A stretch of 64,000 nt of DNA from Longimicrobiales bacterium (GTDB lineage Bacteria > Gemmatimonadota > Gemmatimonadetes > Longimicrobiales > Gaopeijiaceae). The notes beneath the pieces are model-generated. The model was not told the origin of the DNA. It saw nothing but the letters and a program-made list of their open reading frames with translations, and ran no database searches. This document shows positions 49,423 through 58,601 of the stretch, in pieces (position 1 is the stretch's first letter; each line of letters opens with the position of its first letter). The stretch is from assembly GCA_963664435.2 (NCBI GenBank), contig CAXXKM010000003.1, positions 192,001-256,000 of the forward strand, written 5' to 3'. The position numbers and the translations under genes are program-made.

Positions 49423-50466
49423 TCAAGCCGTCAGGATCTTACGAAACGTGTGCAGATCCTCCAGTATCCGGCCCGCGCCCCGCACGACACAGGTCAGAGG
49501 GTCTTCGTCAACATGCACGGCCAAGTTGGTCTCGAACGTGATCAGCTGGTCGAGGCCCTGGATCATCGCGCCGCCACCGGTCATCAGCAGACCTCTGTCC
49601 ACGATGTCCGCCGAGAGCTCCGGGGGCGTCGACTCGAGCGCGCGGCGCACGGCGTCCACGATGGCTCTGATCGGCTCCTGGATCCACTCGCGGACTTCGG
49701 ATGAGCCGATGCGGATCATCTTGGGCATCCCGCTGACCAGATCCCGACCCTTGACGTCCATCTCCTGCTCCTCGCCGGTATCGAAGGCGGAGCCGATCTG
49801 GATCTTGATCATTTCGGCGGTGGATTCTCCGATGAGCAGCTTGTAATGCCTGCGCATGGAGTCTTCGATCGCGTGATCGATCTTGTCGCCGCCCACGCGG
49901 ATCGAGGAGTTGGCGACAACGCCGGAAAGGCAGATCACGGCGATCTCCGTGGTGCCGCCCCCGATGTCGATCACCATGTTGCCGGTCGGCGACTCGATGG
50001 GAAGGCCCATGCCCACGGCGGCGGCGACCGGCTCCACCACCATGTACACCGACTTCGCGCCCGCCATCAGCGCCGACGAGCGGACCGCGCGCCGCTCGAG
50101 CTCGGTGATGCCCGAAGGGACGCCCACCACCACGCGCGGCTTCATCCGGAACATGCGCCGGGACGTGACTCGTTTCAGGAAGTGACGCAACATCATCTCG
50201 GTGATGTCGACATCCGCGATCACGCCGTCCTTCAGGGGTCGAATCGCCTCGATGTCCCCCGGGGTGCGTCCCAGCATGCGTTTGGCGTCGAGACCGATCC
50301 CCAGGATCTTGCGCGAGTTCGTTTCCACGGCGACCACGCAGGGCTCGTTCACCACAACCCCCTCGCCCCGGACGTATACGAGCGTATTGGCGGTTCCCAG
50401 GTCCACTGCAATGTCATGGACCGGAACGAGGCTTCGGCGTGGCTTGAACCAACTTGAAAAAAGCAC
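49423..50466 (-). CDS. mreB: Rod shape-determining protein MreB
   Basis: DLGTANT, IRPLKDGVIAD, DIGGGTTE, TPPEL..DI, TGGGA. Confidence 0.97.
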   Translation of the reverse strand: MLFSSWFKPRRSLVPVHDIAVDLGTANTLVYVRGEGVVVNEPCVVAVETNSRKILGIGLDAKRMLGRTPGDIEAIRPLKDGVIADVDITEMMLRHFLKRVTSRRMFRMKPRVVVGVPSGITELERRAVRSSALMAGAKSVYMVVEPVAAAVGMGLPIESPTGNMVIDIGGGTTEIAVICLSGVVANSSIRVGGDKIDHAIEDSMRRHYKLLIGESTAEMIKIQIGSAFDTGEEQEMDVKGRDLVSGMPKMIRIGSSEVREWIQEPIRAIVDAVRRALESTPPELSADIVDRGLLMTGGGAMIQGLDQLITFETNLAVHVDEDPLTCVVRGAGRILEDLHTFRKILTA

Positions 50467-50551
50467 TCTAACTCTTTGTTTTACGATAGTTTAGGGTAGA
50501 TGTGCGCCCAAGAGGCAAACGGACTCCGGCCAACCCCCGGAAAGCCCCCGC

Positions 50552-50580
50552 ATCTTAAGTTGCGGCGTGATCAGGAGCAA
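50552..50580 (-). promoter_or_regulatory. Putative sigma70 promoter of the mre/mrd operon
   Basis: TTGCTC-N17-TAAGAT on the minus strand. Confidence 0.55.
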
Positions 50581-50636
50581 GATTCGGGGTCTGCTTCCGG
50601 GGAAGTAGTCGATGGGCCTCCGTCTCCCGACACGGG

Positions 50637-51749
50637 TCAGAAACAGCTTTCGAGCGGCGTGTGTTGCATACCAAAGGCATCCGCCACCGCGGCGTGAACA
50701 ACCTCCCCCCGGACCACGTTCAGACCACGGGCAAGGGCAGGATTGCGGCGACAGGCATCCTGCCAGCCCCGGTCCGCCAGCTCCAGGACACAGGGCAGCG
50801 TGGCGTTCGTCAGAGCCAGCGTGCTCGTTCGGGGCACGCTGCCCGGAATGTTGGTGACACCGTAGTGGATCACGCCGTTGAGCACGTAGGTGGGGGCTTC
50901 ATGGGTGGTTGGCCGAATGGTCTCCACGCATCCGCCCTGATCCACGGATACGTCCACGATGACCGACCCGGGACGCATGGTTGCCAGGTCCTCCTCAAAC
51001 ACCAGGAACGGGGTCCGGGCGCCGGGCAGGAGCACCGCCCCGATGATCAGGTCCGAATCGCGCAACTGTTTGCGCACCGCGTAGCGCGTCGAATAGAGGG
51101 GATGGACGCCCGCAGGCATCACGTCCGCCAGATACCGGAGCCTGGAAAGTGACGTGTCCAGAACGGAAACACGCGCTCCCAGCCCTGCGGCCACCCTGGC
51201 CGCCTGGGTACCCACGACGCCGCCACCCAGAATCAGCACCTTGCCCGGCATGACCCCCGGCACACCCCCGATGAGGATTCCGCTGCCGCCCGACGGGCGC
51301 GTCAGGTGCCGCACGCCCTCCTGCACCGCCATTCTGCCGGCAACCTCGCTCATCGGCGTAAGCAGGGGCAGCGCGCCCTTTTCCGTGGCCACCGTCTCGT
51401 ACGCGATGGCCACCGTGCCGGACGCCCTGACCGCCCGGGTGAGGGCCTCCGACGCCGCAAAGTGAAAATAGGTGAAGACGATCTGCCCCTCGCGCATTTC
51501 GGCCCATTCTTCCGGGAGGGGTTCCTTCACCTTCACGATCATCGTGGCGCGCGCCCACAGCTCACGCGCGCTGTCCACCACCTGCGCGCCCGCCCGCTGG
51601 TAGAAGTCGTCGGTAAAGCCGCTGGCCAGACCGGCGCCCTTCTCGATCAGCACCTGATGGCCCGCCTGGGCGAGGGCTTCCACACCCGCCGGAACCATAG
51701 CGACCCGGTACTCATGCGTCTTGCGCTCGGCGGGAACGCCGATCAGCAT
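50637..51749 (-). CDS. ald: Alanine dehydrogenase
   Basis: IGVP.E.K..E.RV, KVKEP, LPLLTPMSEVAGR, GGGVVG, VDQGGC.ET. Confidence 0.95.
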   Translation of the reverse strand: MLIGVPAERKTHEYRVAMVPAGVEALAQAGHQVLIEKGAGLASGFTDDFYQRAGAQVVDSARELWARATMIVKVKEPLPEEWAEMREGQIVFTYFHFAASEALTRAVRASGTVAIAYETVATEKGALPLLTPMSEVAGRMAVQEGVRHLTRPSGGSGILIGGVPGVMPGKVLILGGGVVGTQAARVAAGLGARVSVLDTSLSRLRYLADVMPAGVHPLYSTRYAVRKQLRDSDLIIGAVLLPGARTPFLVFEEDLATMRPGSVIVDVSVDQGGCVETIRPTTHEAPTYVLNGVIHYGVTNIPGSVPRTSTLALTNATLPCVLELADRGWQDACRRNPALARGLNVVRGEVVHAAVADAFGMQHTPLESCF

Positions 51750-51789
51750 GGCTCCGGCAGTCCGCGGGCTGCGAGCATGCGGTGCGGCT

Positions 51790-53100
51790 TCAGGGTCCCA
51801 GGCGAAGCAGGCACTGACGGTCGGGATGAAAGAACTCGGCCGCGGTTTCGGCGACTTCCGCTTCCGTCACGCGGTCGATGCGCGACAGGAGTTCGTCCAG
51901 CGTGGTGAAGGGCTCCTGGTGCAGGGCGAACCCCGCCAGCCGGTACAGGCGCGCGCCCGGGCTCTCCAGGGAGAGCATGATCTGCCCCTTGACCTGACTC
52001 TTGATCTGGTCGAGATCGTCGCGCGAAAGGCCGTCACGGGCGACGGTGGCCAGCTCTTCCCTGATGGCGCCGGTGACCTCGCAGGCCGCGTCGTGACGGG
52101 TGCCCGCATAAATCCCGGATATCCCCGCGCGCGAGTAGAAGGACTGGAAGGTGTACACCGAGTAGGCCAGCCCCAGCTCCTCGCGAATGCGCCGAAACAG
52201 CCGGGAGCTCATGCCGCCGCCCATCGCCGCCGCGAGCAGCACCAGCGGGTATCGCCTTGCGTCGGCTCTGGGAGGGGTTACGGTGCCGGCCACGATGTGG
52301 GTCTGGGCCGTCTCCCGCCGGACATGCACCTCCCTTCCCTCCATCGATCGCGGCTTGGCGACCGGGGCCGCGGGAGCACCGTGGGCCGCGCTGCCGAAGT
52401 AGTGCGCCGCCAGCTCAACGACCTCGTCATGCGCCACGTTGCCGGTGGCGGCAACGACCATGCCCGCGGTGCCGTAGCGCCCCCGGTGCAGATCCCGCAG
52501 GGTATCTCCCTCGATCGCCGACACGGTTTCACGGGTGCCGAGAATGGACGCCCCGTACGGATGCCCGTCCCACAGGTGCCGGCCGTGCAACTCGAAGGCG
52601 AAGTCCTCGGGGGCATCTTCGATCGTGGATATCTCTTCGAGCACAACGTGCCGCTCGAGCTCCAGGTCCTCGTCAAGGAGCCTGGGGAAGAGCACCAGGT
52701 CCGCGAGCACATCGAGCGCCTGGGGCAGATGTTCATCCAGCACGCGGGCCTGGAAGCTCGTGTGTTCCCGGCTCGTGAAGGCGTCGAGGGAACCGCCCAG
52801 ACTCTCCAGCGCGAGCGCGATCTGCTCGCGTGAACGGTGTTGCGTTCCCCGGAAGACCATGTGCTCCAGAAGATGGCTTGCCCCCAGAACCTCCTCTCGG
52901 TCGTGCGCGGCGCCCTGTGGAACCCAGACGCCGACGGCCGCGGAGCGAACCCCCGGAATCGACTCGCTCAGGACCTGGATGCCGGACGCGAGCGTGGTGA
53001 CCGCCATGCGGTCCCGGTTCAGGGTCGTGGGCGGGGCTGCCGGAGCCGAAGCGACCGGTCCGGCGGACCGCAGGGATCGGCGGTGGCGGGCAGGTGTCAC
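51790..53100 (-). CDS. M16 family (pitrilysin-like) zinc peptidase
   Basis: HLLEH (HxxEH), GGGMSSRLF..IRE..GLAYSV; usual neighbour of pnp; alternative start ATG 53007. Confidence 0.93.
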   Translation of the reverse strand: MTPARHRRSLRSAGPVASAPAAPPTTLNRDRMAVTTLASGIQVLSESIPGVRSAAVGVWVPQGAAHDREEVLGASHLLEHMVFRGTQHRSREQIALALESLGGSLDAFTSREHTSFQARVLDEHLPQALDVLADLVLFPRLLDEDLELERHVVLEEISTIEDAPEDFAFELHGRHLWDGHPYGASILGTRETVSAIEGDTLRDLHRGRYGTAGMVVAATGNVAHDEVVELAAHYFGSAAHGAPAAPVAKPRSMEGREVHVRRETAQTHIVAGTVTPPRADARRYPLVLLAAAMGGGMSSRLFRRIREELGLAYSVYTFQSFYSRAGISGIYAGTRHDAACEVTGAIREELATVARDGLSRDDLDQIKSQVKGQIMLSLESPGARLYRLAGFALHQEPFTTLDELLSRIDRVTEAEVAETAAEFFHPDRQCLLRLGP

Positions 53101-55223
53101 CGGCGCGCCCGAGACGACGTTCCGCCCCGGGTGTTGTCGTCAAGCGCCGCGCGTCTGGAGAGACGCAGCCGGCCCTTCTCGTCGATGGCGAGCAGCTTGA
53201 CCCGCGTCATCTCCCCGACCTTGAGAACGTCTTCGGTCTTGCCCACACGGCCCTCGGCCAGTTCGGAGATATGGCAAAGCCCCTCGGTGCCCGGGAAGAT
53301 CTCGATGAAGGCCCCGAAGGTGGTGGTGTTCTTGACCGGACCCTCGTAGATGCGTCCGACCTCGGGCTCCTGCGCGATGGCCTCGATCATCTCGCGGGCG
53401 CGTACGCCGGCTTCGCCCGAGACGGCGGCGATCTTCACCACCCCGGAGTCTTCGATGTCGATCTTGGCTCCGGTTTCATCTTGTATCGCCCTGATAGTCT
53501 TTCCTTTAGGACCGATGATCTCACCAATCTTCTCAGGGTTGATCGAGACGGAGATGATGCGGGGAGCGTACTGGGACAGGTCGGTGCGCGCCGAGGGAAG
53601 CGCCTGATCCATGGCGTCGAGGATGCGGTGCCGCGCCGTGCGCGCCCTTCCCAGCGCCTGCTGCATGATGTCCAGATCAAGTCCCTCGATCTTGATGTCC
53701 ATCTGGATTGCGGTGACGCCCTTGCGCGTCCCGGCCACCTTGAAGTCCATGTCGCCCAGTGCGTCCTCGAGCCCCAGGATGTCGGTGAGGACCGCAAAGC
53801 GTTCTCCCTCCTTCACCAGCCCCATCGCGACCCCGGCACACGAGGCGCGAAGCGGAACCCCTGCATCCATCAGCGACAGCGAAGCCGCGCAGACGGAGGC
53901 CATGGACGAAGAACCGTTCGACTCCAGGACATCGGAGACCACGCGGATGGTATACGGAAAATCGTCGTAGTCGGGAAGAAGGGGTTGAACGGCGCGTTCG
54001 GCCAGGTTTCCATGCCCCACTTCACGCCGCGAGGTCCCGCGGATGGGCCTCGCTTCGCCCACCGAGAAGGGCGGGAAGTTGTAGTGGAGCATGAACGACT
54101 TCGTGGTCTCTTCGAGCGTATCGATCGAATCGATGCGCTGTTCGTCCCGCGAGGTGCCGAGGGTAACCACGCCCAGCGCCTGGGTCTGCCCGCGCGTAAA
54201 GAGGGCCGATCCGTGCGGTCGGGGCAGAACCCCCACCTCACACCCGAGTTCGCGGAGCTCGTCCACTCCTCGCCCGTCGGCGCGTTTGCCCTCACCGAGG
54301 ATGCGCGCACGCACGTGGTGCTTCTCCAGCTTGCGCAGGACTCCGGTCACGGCGGCGCGGGCCTCGTCGCTCTCGGTCCCGTCGCTCTGCAGTTGGCCGG
54401 CCACCTCGTCTCCGAGCTCGGCCAGCGCCGTCGCACGCGCCTGTTTTTCCTCCGTCTCGAGCGCAGCCGCAACCCTCTTCCGGGCGAGCGCTTCGACCTG
54501 GTCGACCAGTTCACGGGCCGGCTCCACGCTGGTCCAAGTCATTTCCTCCTCGCAGGCGTCCGCGAACAGATCACGCTGCATGGCCACCAACTCGCGGATC
54601 GCTCCGTGGGCCGCGGCGAGCCCCTCGAGGAGATCCTCTTCGGGCACCTCCACCGCAGCGCCCTCGACCATGGTGATCGCCTCCGCGGATCCCGCCACCA
54701 CCAGGTCGACATCGGAGTAGTCGAGCTGCTGGAAGGTGGGATTCACGATCCAGGCGCCCTGAATTCGGCCCATGCGCACCGACGCCACCGGGATGTGGAA
54801 CGGGATCTTCGACATGTTGAGCGCGACCGAGGCGCCCATCAGGCCGAGGACGTCCGCGTCGTTCTCCTGGTCCGCGCTCAGGATGTAGCAGATGATCTGG
54901 GTCTCGTTCATGTACCCTTTCGGGAACAGCGGGCGGATGGGGCGATCAATGGAGCGCGCAGCCAGGATCTCCTTCTCGCCCGGGCGGCCTTCCCGCTTGA
55001 AGAAGCCCCCGGGGATCTTGCCGCCGGCGTAGGTCTTCTCACGATACTCGACCGTAAGGGGAAAGAAGGGAAGATGGGTGGGCCTGGTCTGCGCCGTCGC
55101 GGTGCACAGAACCATGGTGTCGCCAAAACGAACGAGGCAGGACCCGTGGGCCTGCCTCGCCATGCGCCCGGTCTCCAGGACCAGGGTGCGTCCTGCAAAC
55201 TGTCGCTCGATTCTTTTCAGCAT
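53097..55223 (-). CDS. pnp: Polyribonucleotide nucleotidyltransferase
   Basis: [42 protein letters not shown] and S1 domains. Confidence 0.98.
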   Translation of the reverse strand: MLKRIERQFAGRTLVLETGRMARQAHGSCLVRFGDTMVLCTATAQTRPTHLPFFPLTVEYREKTYAGGKIPGGFFKREGRPGEKEILAARSIDRPIRPLFPKGYMNETQIICYILSADQENDADVLGLMGASVALNMSKIPFHIPVASVRMGRIQGAWIVNPTFQQLDYSDVDLVVAGSAEAITMVEGAAVEVPEEDLLEGLAAAHGAIRELVAMQRDLFADACEEEMTWTSVEPARELVDQVEALARKRVAAALETEEKQARATALAELGDEVAGQLQSDGTESDEARAAVTGVLRKLEKHHVRARILGEGKRADGRGVDELRELGCEVGVLPRPHGSALFTRGQTQALGVVTLGTSRDEQRIDSIDTLEETTKSFMLHYNFPPFSVGEARPIRGTSRREVGHGNLAERAVQPLLPDYDDFPYTIRVVSDVLESNGSSSMASVCAASLSLMDAGVPLRASCAGVAMGLVKEGERFAVLTDILGLEDALGDMDFKVAGTRKGVTAIQMDIKIEGLDLDIMQQALGRARTARHRILDAMDQALPSARTDLSQYAPRIISVSINPEKIGEIIGPKGKTIRAIQDETGAKIDIEDSGVVKIAAVSGEAGVRAREMIEAIAQEPEVGRIYEGPVKNTTTFGAFIEIFPGTEGLCHISELAEGRVGKTEDVLKVGEMTRVKLLAIDEKGRLRLSRRAALDDNTRGGTSSRARR

Positions 55224-55231
55224 GCTCTGAC

Positions 55232-55492
55232 CTAGTGGCGGAGACCGAGGTCCGCGATGAGTTCGCGGTACTTCTCGTGGTCGGTCCGCTTCATGTACTC
55301 GAGGAGCCGCCTTCGCCTGCCCACCATCTTGAGCAGGCCCTGGCGGCTGTGATGGTCCTTCTTGTGTTCGCGGAAGTGACCCTGGAGATGATTGATTCGG
55401 TGGGTCAGGATCGCGATCTGAACGGGGGCGCTGCCCCGGTCACCATCATGAACCTGGTACTTTCGGATGACTTCTTCCTTTACGAATCCCAT
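55232..55492 (-). CDS. rpsO: 30S ribosomal protein S15
   Basis: [36 protein letters not shown]. Confidence 0.98.
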   Translation of the reverse strand: MGFVKEEVIRKYQVHDGDRGSAPVQIAILTHRINHLQGHFREHKKDHHSRQGLLKMVGRRRRLLEYMKRTDHEKYRELIADLGLRH

Positions 55493-55571
55493 CGCGGGAA
55501 CGCCTCCTCAAGAGTCTGAACGCTACAAGGGAAGCCCGGGCGCGAACCCACTGACTTGTAAACGGCGACCA

Positions 55572-55600
55572 AAGCTAGCGATAAGGGGTGGGGGCTACAA
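55572..55600 (-). promoter_or_regulatory. Putative sigma70 promoter of rpsO-pnp
   Basis: TTGTAG-N17-TAGCTT on the minus strand. Confidence 0.55.
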
Positions 55601-55629
55601 GGCGCGCGCCCCGGACCGGGCCGGCCGGC

Positions 55630-55974
55630 TCAGCCTTCACCGAAAACCGCGTCGGTCCTGGCGGCCATGACGAAGTCGTTCACATGGAGGTTGCGGATCT
55701 TGTGGGTCCACCAGGAAACAGTGACGCGTCCCCATTCCGTCAGGAGGGCCGGGTGGTGTCCCTGCTCCTCGGCGAGCGCGCCCACACGGTTGGTGAACGA
55801 GAGGGCCTGGACGAAGTCCGGGAAGGAGAAGACGCGCTCAAGACGGGGAATGCCCTCGCGTTCGACGATCTCCCAGTCGGGAATCTGTGGACGCCACGCC
55901 GCGATTTCGGTGTCGCTGGCGGGGGGCGCTCCCGCCCTGCAGGGTTCGCAGGTCTGCCGGGTCAGTTCGGTCAT
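55630..55974 (-). CDS. phhB: Pterin-4-alpha-carbinolamine dehydratase
   Basis: [22 protein letters not shown]....L..NDF.MAA. Confidence 0.93.
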   Translation of the reverse strand: MTELTRQTCEPCRAGAPPASDTEIAAWRPQIPDWEIVEREGIPRLERVFSFPDFVQALSFTNRVGALAEEQGHHPALLTEWGRVTVSWWTHKIRNLHVNDFVMAARTDAVFGEG

Positions 55975-56978
55975 GGTGCCATCCGGAATCTGGTCTGGGG
56001 AGAAGAATCGCGGTTTCGGTATTCTGCCAGGATGCGGCGCGCACGCCGAACATCCTCGTTCATGTGGCCGATCAGCTCCGCCACGCTGGCAAAGGGCCGC
56101 ACTTCACGGAGCCGTTCGATGAGGTCCAGCTGGAGTTCGGCTCCGTAGAGATCGGCATTGTAGTCGAGAAGATGGACTTCTATCGTGGCTGGCGCACCGG
56201 GAAAGGTAGGGCGCGGTCCGATGTGCAGGGCTCCGTCCCGCGTCCCTGAAGGCAGCCTCGCGCGCACTGCATAGATTCCCTCGCCGGGAATCAGCTTCCG
56301 GGAATCCCGGATCTCGAGATTCGCGGTGGGGAAACCCAGGCGCCGCCCGCGGCCGTCACCCCGCACCACCACTCCGCGCAGCGAGTACGGACGTCCCAGC
56401 CCCGTGTGCGCCGCGCGCACGTCGCCCGCCAGCAGGGCCCTGCGAATCCGGCTCGAGGACACGGGGCCGCCTCCGGCCACGACGGGCGGTACGACCTGGA
56501 CGCCGAACCCCAGCTCCGCTCCCATCGCATCCAGAGTGTCCGCGTCTCCCGACCGCCCCCGGCCGAAGCCGTGGTCGTAGCCGATCACGAGCTCCTTCAC
56601 CGCCATGCGCGCGACCAGGACCTCCTCGACGAAGCGCCTGGGCGTATATCGGGCGAGCGCTCGCGTGAACGGCAGGAACACGGCGTAGTCGAGGCCGGTT
56701 TGCGCAAGAATCTCCTTCTTCTCGCTCGACGTGGTCAGGAGCCGTGGCGCGTCCTGCGGCCTCAGGACCTGAAGCGGATGCGGACGGAAGGTCACCAGGA
56801 CGCTGGGTCTGCCCGTGCGGCGGCCTCGCCGGCTCATCTCCCGCAGCACTTCCCGGTGGCCCGGGTGGACGCCGTCGAACGTCCCCACCGTGACGATGCT
56901 CCCCCGCTCACAGCGCGGAACGAGCGCGGGAAGGGCCGATCCCGCGGAGCGACCTTCCGGGCGGCCGGTCGCCGTCAC
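55971..56978 (-). CDS. ribF: Bifunctional riboflavin kinase/FAD synthetase
   Basis: [33 protein letters not shown]. Confidence 0.96.
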   Translation of the reverse strand: MTATGRPEGRSAGSALPALVPRCERGSIVTVGTFDGVHPGHREVLREMSRRGRRTGRPSVLVTFRPHPLQVLRPQDAPRLLTTSSEKKEILAQTGLDYAVFLPFTRALARYTPRRFVEEVLVARMAVKELVIGYDHGFGRGRSGDADTLDAMGAELGFGVQVVPPVVAGGGPVSSSRIRRALLAGDVRAAHTGLGRPYSLRGVVVRGDGRGRRLGFPTANLEIRDSRKLIPGEGIYAVRARLPSGTRDGALHIGPRPTFPGAPATIEVHLLDYNADLYGAELQLDLIERLREVRPFASVAELIGHMNEDVRRARRILAEYRNRDSSPQTRFRMAP

Positions 56979-57853
56979 CGGAAAACCTTGCGCGGTCTCA
57001 GCACCCCGCCCCGACCGACCCCGATGGCGACCAGGGCGCCCCGTTCCAGCGCCACTACCGGATCGGCATCGGGCACCGGCTCGAGGGTCGGCTCGACGGC
57101 CTGACCGCACGCCAGTCGGGCGGCATCCTCCTCGCCCACGCGCACGGCTGGCAGGTGCGCCAGCGCTCTCGCGGCGGACAGGTGCGCGGACCGGGGCACC
57201 TCTTCGCCCAACTCGCCTGCAGGCACCGCGTCGTGGACGCTCATCGCGCCCACCCGGGTCCGCCTGAGCGCAGTGAGGTGAGCTCCGCTCCCCAACGCGA
57301 TCCCGAGATCGCGCGCGAGCGCCCGAACGTAGGTCCCTGACGAACAGCGAACCTCAAAAGTCACGAGCGGAAGGGCGCAGTCGATTTCTCCGACCTCGTA
57401 CACCTCGACCGGAACCGGCTCGAGCTCCACCATCTCGCCCTGGCGAGAGCGGCGGTGGGCGGCGGTGCCCCGCACCTTCTTGGCGGAATAGCGCGGAGGA
57501 ACCTGGAGGACCGGTCCCTGGAGCGCCTCGATGGCGTCCCGGACGGTGCCATCGTCCAGTTCACGCCAACGGGGGCTGTCGTCCACGACGTCCCCGTCCA
57601 GATCGTGTGTGCTGGTCGACACGCCAAGCCGGGCGGTCGCCAGGTAGCTCTTGTCCAACGCCGACAGGTACTGGGAAATGCGGGTTGACGGGCCGAGGCA
57701 GAGCAGGAGCAATCCGGAGGCGAACGGGTCCAGGGTCCCGGCATGGCCGACACGCCGGAGGCCCAGGCGCGCGCGCGCTCCCCGGACAATGTCGTGGGAA
57801 GTGGGGCCGACGGGTTTGTCCACCAGCAGCACGCCGTCGCGAGGGCGGCTCAC
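56975..57853 (-). CDS. truB: tRNA pseudouridine(55) synthase
   Basis: DKPVGPTSHD, GHAGTLDPFASG, PP.YSA.K, CSSGTYVRAL. Confidence 0.96.
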   Translation of the reverse strand: MSRPRDGVLLVDKPVGPTSHDIVRGARARLGLRRVGHAGTLDPFASGLLLLCLGPSTRISQYLSALDKSYLATARLGVSTSTHDLDGDVVDDSPRWRELDDGTVRDAIEALQGPVLQVPPRYSAKKVRGTAAHRRSRQGEMVELEPVPVEVYEVGEIDCALPLVTFEVRCSSGTYVRALARDLGIALGSGAHLTALRRTRVGAMSVHDAVPAGELGEEVPRSAHLSAARALAHLPAVRVGEEDAARLACGQAVEPTLEPVPDADPVVALERGALVAIGVGRGGVLRPRKVFR

Positions 57854-58221
57854 GTCTCCTCCCCTGTCCCGGCGTCGCCGTCGCGGGGAAGCACTTCCTT
57901 GAGGATCTGTTCGATACGCGCCGCGTGCTCCAGCGACGTGTCTTCGACGAAACGCAGTTCGGGTACGCGCCGGATGTGCAGCTCCGCGCCCAGCGATCCC
58001 CTGATGAACGCCGCCGAAGCCGCGAGCCCCTTCATGGCCTGATCTCGTTCCCGGTCGCTGCCGGCCAGCCTTACGAAGACTCGCGCGAACGAGAGATCGG
58101 AGGTCACCCGGACTTCGGTAACCACCGGCGTGCCCACGCGTGGATCGCGCACCTGGCTGCGGAGGATGCGCGTGATCTCCCGCTGCAACTGGCTGTTCAC
58201 CCGCGCAAGCCGTCGAGCCAT
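57850..58221 (-). CDS. rbfA: Ribosome-binding factor A
   Basis: VRDPR, V.VT.DL..A.VF, R.VPELRF..D.S. Confidence 0.95.
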   Translation of the reverse strand: MARRLARVNSQLQREITRILRSQVRDPRVGTPVVTEVRVTSDLSFARVFVRLAGSDRERDQAMKGLAASAAFIRGSLGAELHIRRVPELRFVEDTSLEHAARIEQILKEVLPRDGDAGTGEET

Positions 58222-58289
58222 GTGCGTTCAGAAGCCCGGGCCGAGAAACCAGACGCCTACGCCGACCTCCATGCGAACCCGGGCGAGCT

Positions 58290-58571
58290 TCAGGCCAGGG
58301 GGTCGCGGACCGCCAGTACGACGACGCGCCCATCGGCTTCCACGAAGCCGGCGAGGTGGCCGCGAATCGATTCGGCGTGACGCCCTTCCGTGGACACGAA
58401 GGCCGCCGTCAGACCCGCTCGCGCGTGCAGTTCCCGCATATGGGTCTCCGAGACCGCGACGTTGAAGCGGTGGCGCATGCGGTCCTTCAGGGAACGGACG
58501 ACGCGGCGCTTGTCCTTGAGGGACACGCAGCCCGGAAGCAGCAGGTCCCAGGAGATCGCCCCGATCACCAC
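58290..58571 (-). CDS. DUF503 (YlxP-like) protein
   Basis: SLKDKRRVVRSLKDR....FNVAVSE; between infB and rbfA. Confidence 0.9.
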   Translation of the reverse strand: MVIGAISWDLLLPGCVSLKDKRRVVRSLKDRMRHRFNVAVSETHMRELHARAGLTAAFVSTEGRHAESIRGHLAGFVEADGRVVVLAVRDPLA

Positions 58572-58601
58572 GGCCGGCGAGCCGCCGGACCGCCCGCAGC
58601 T

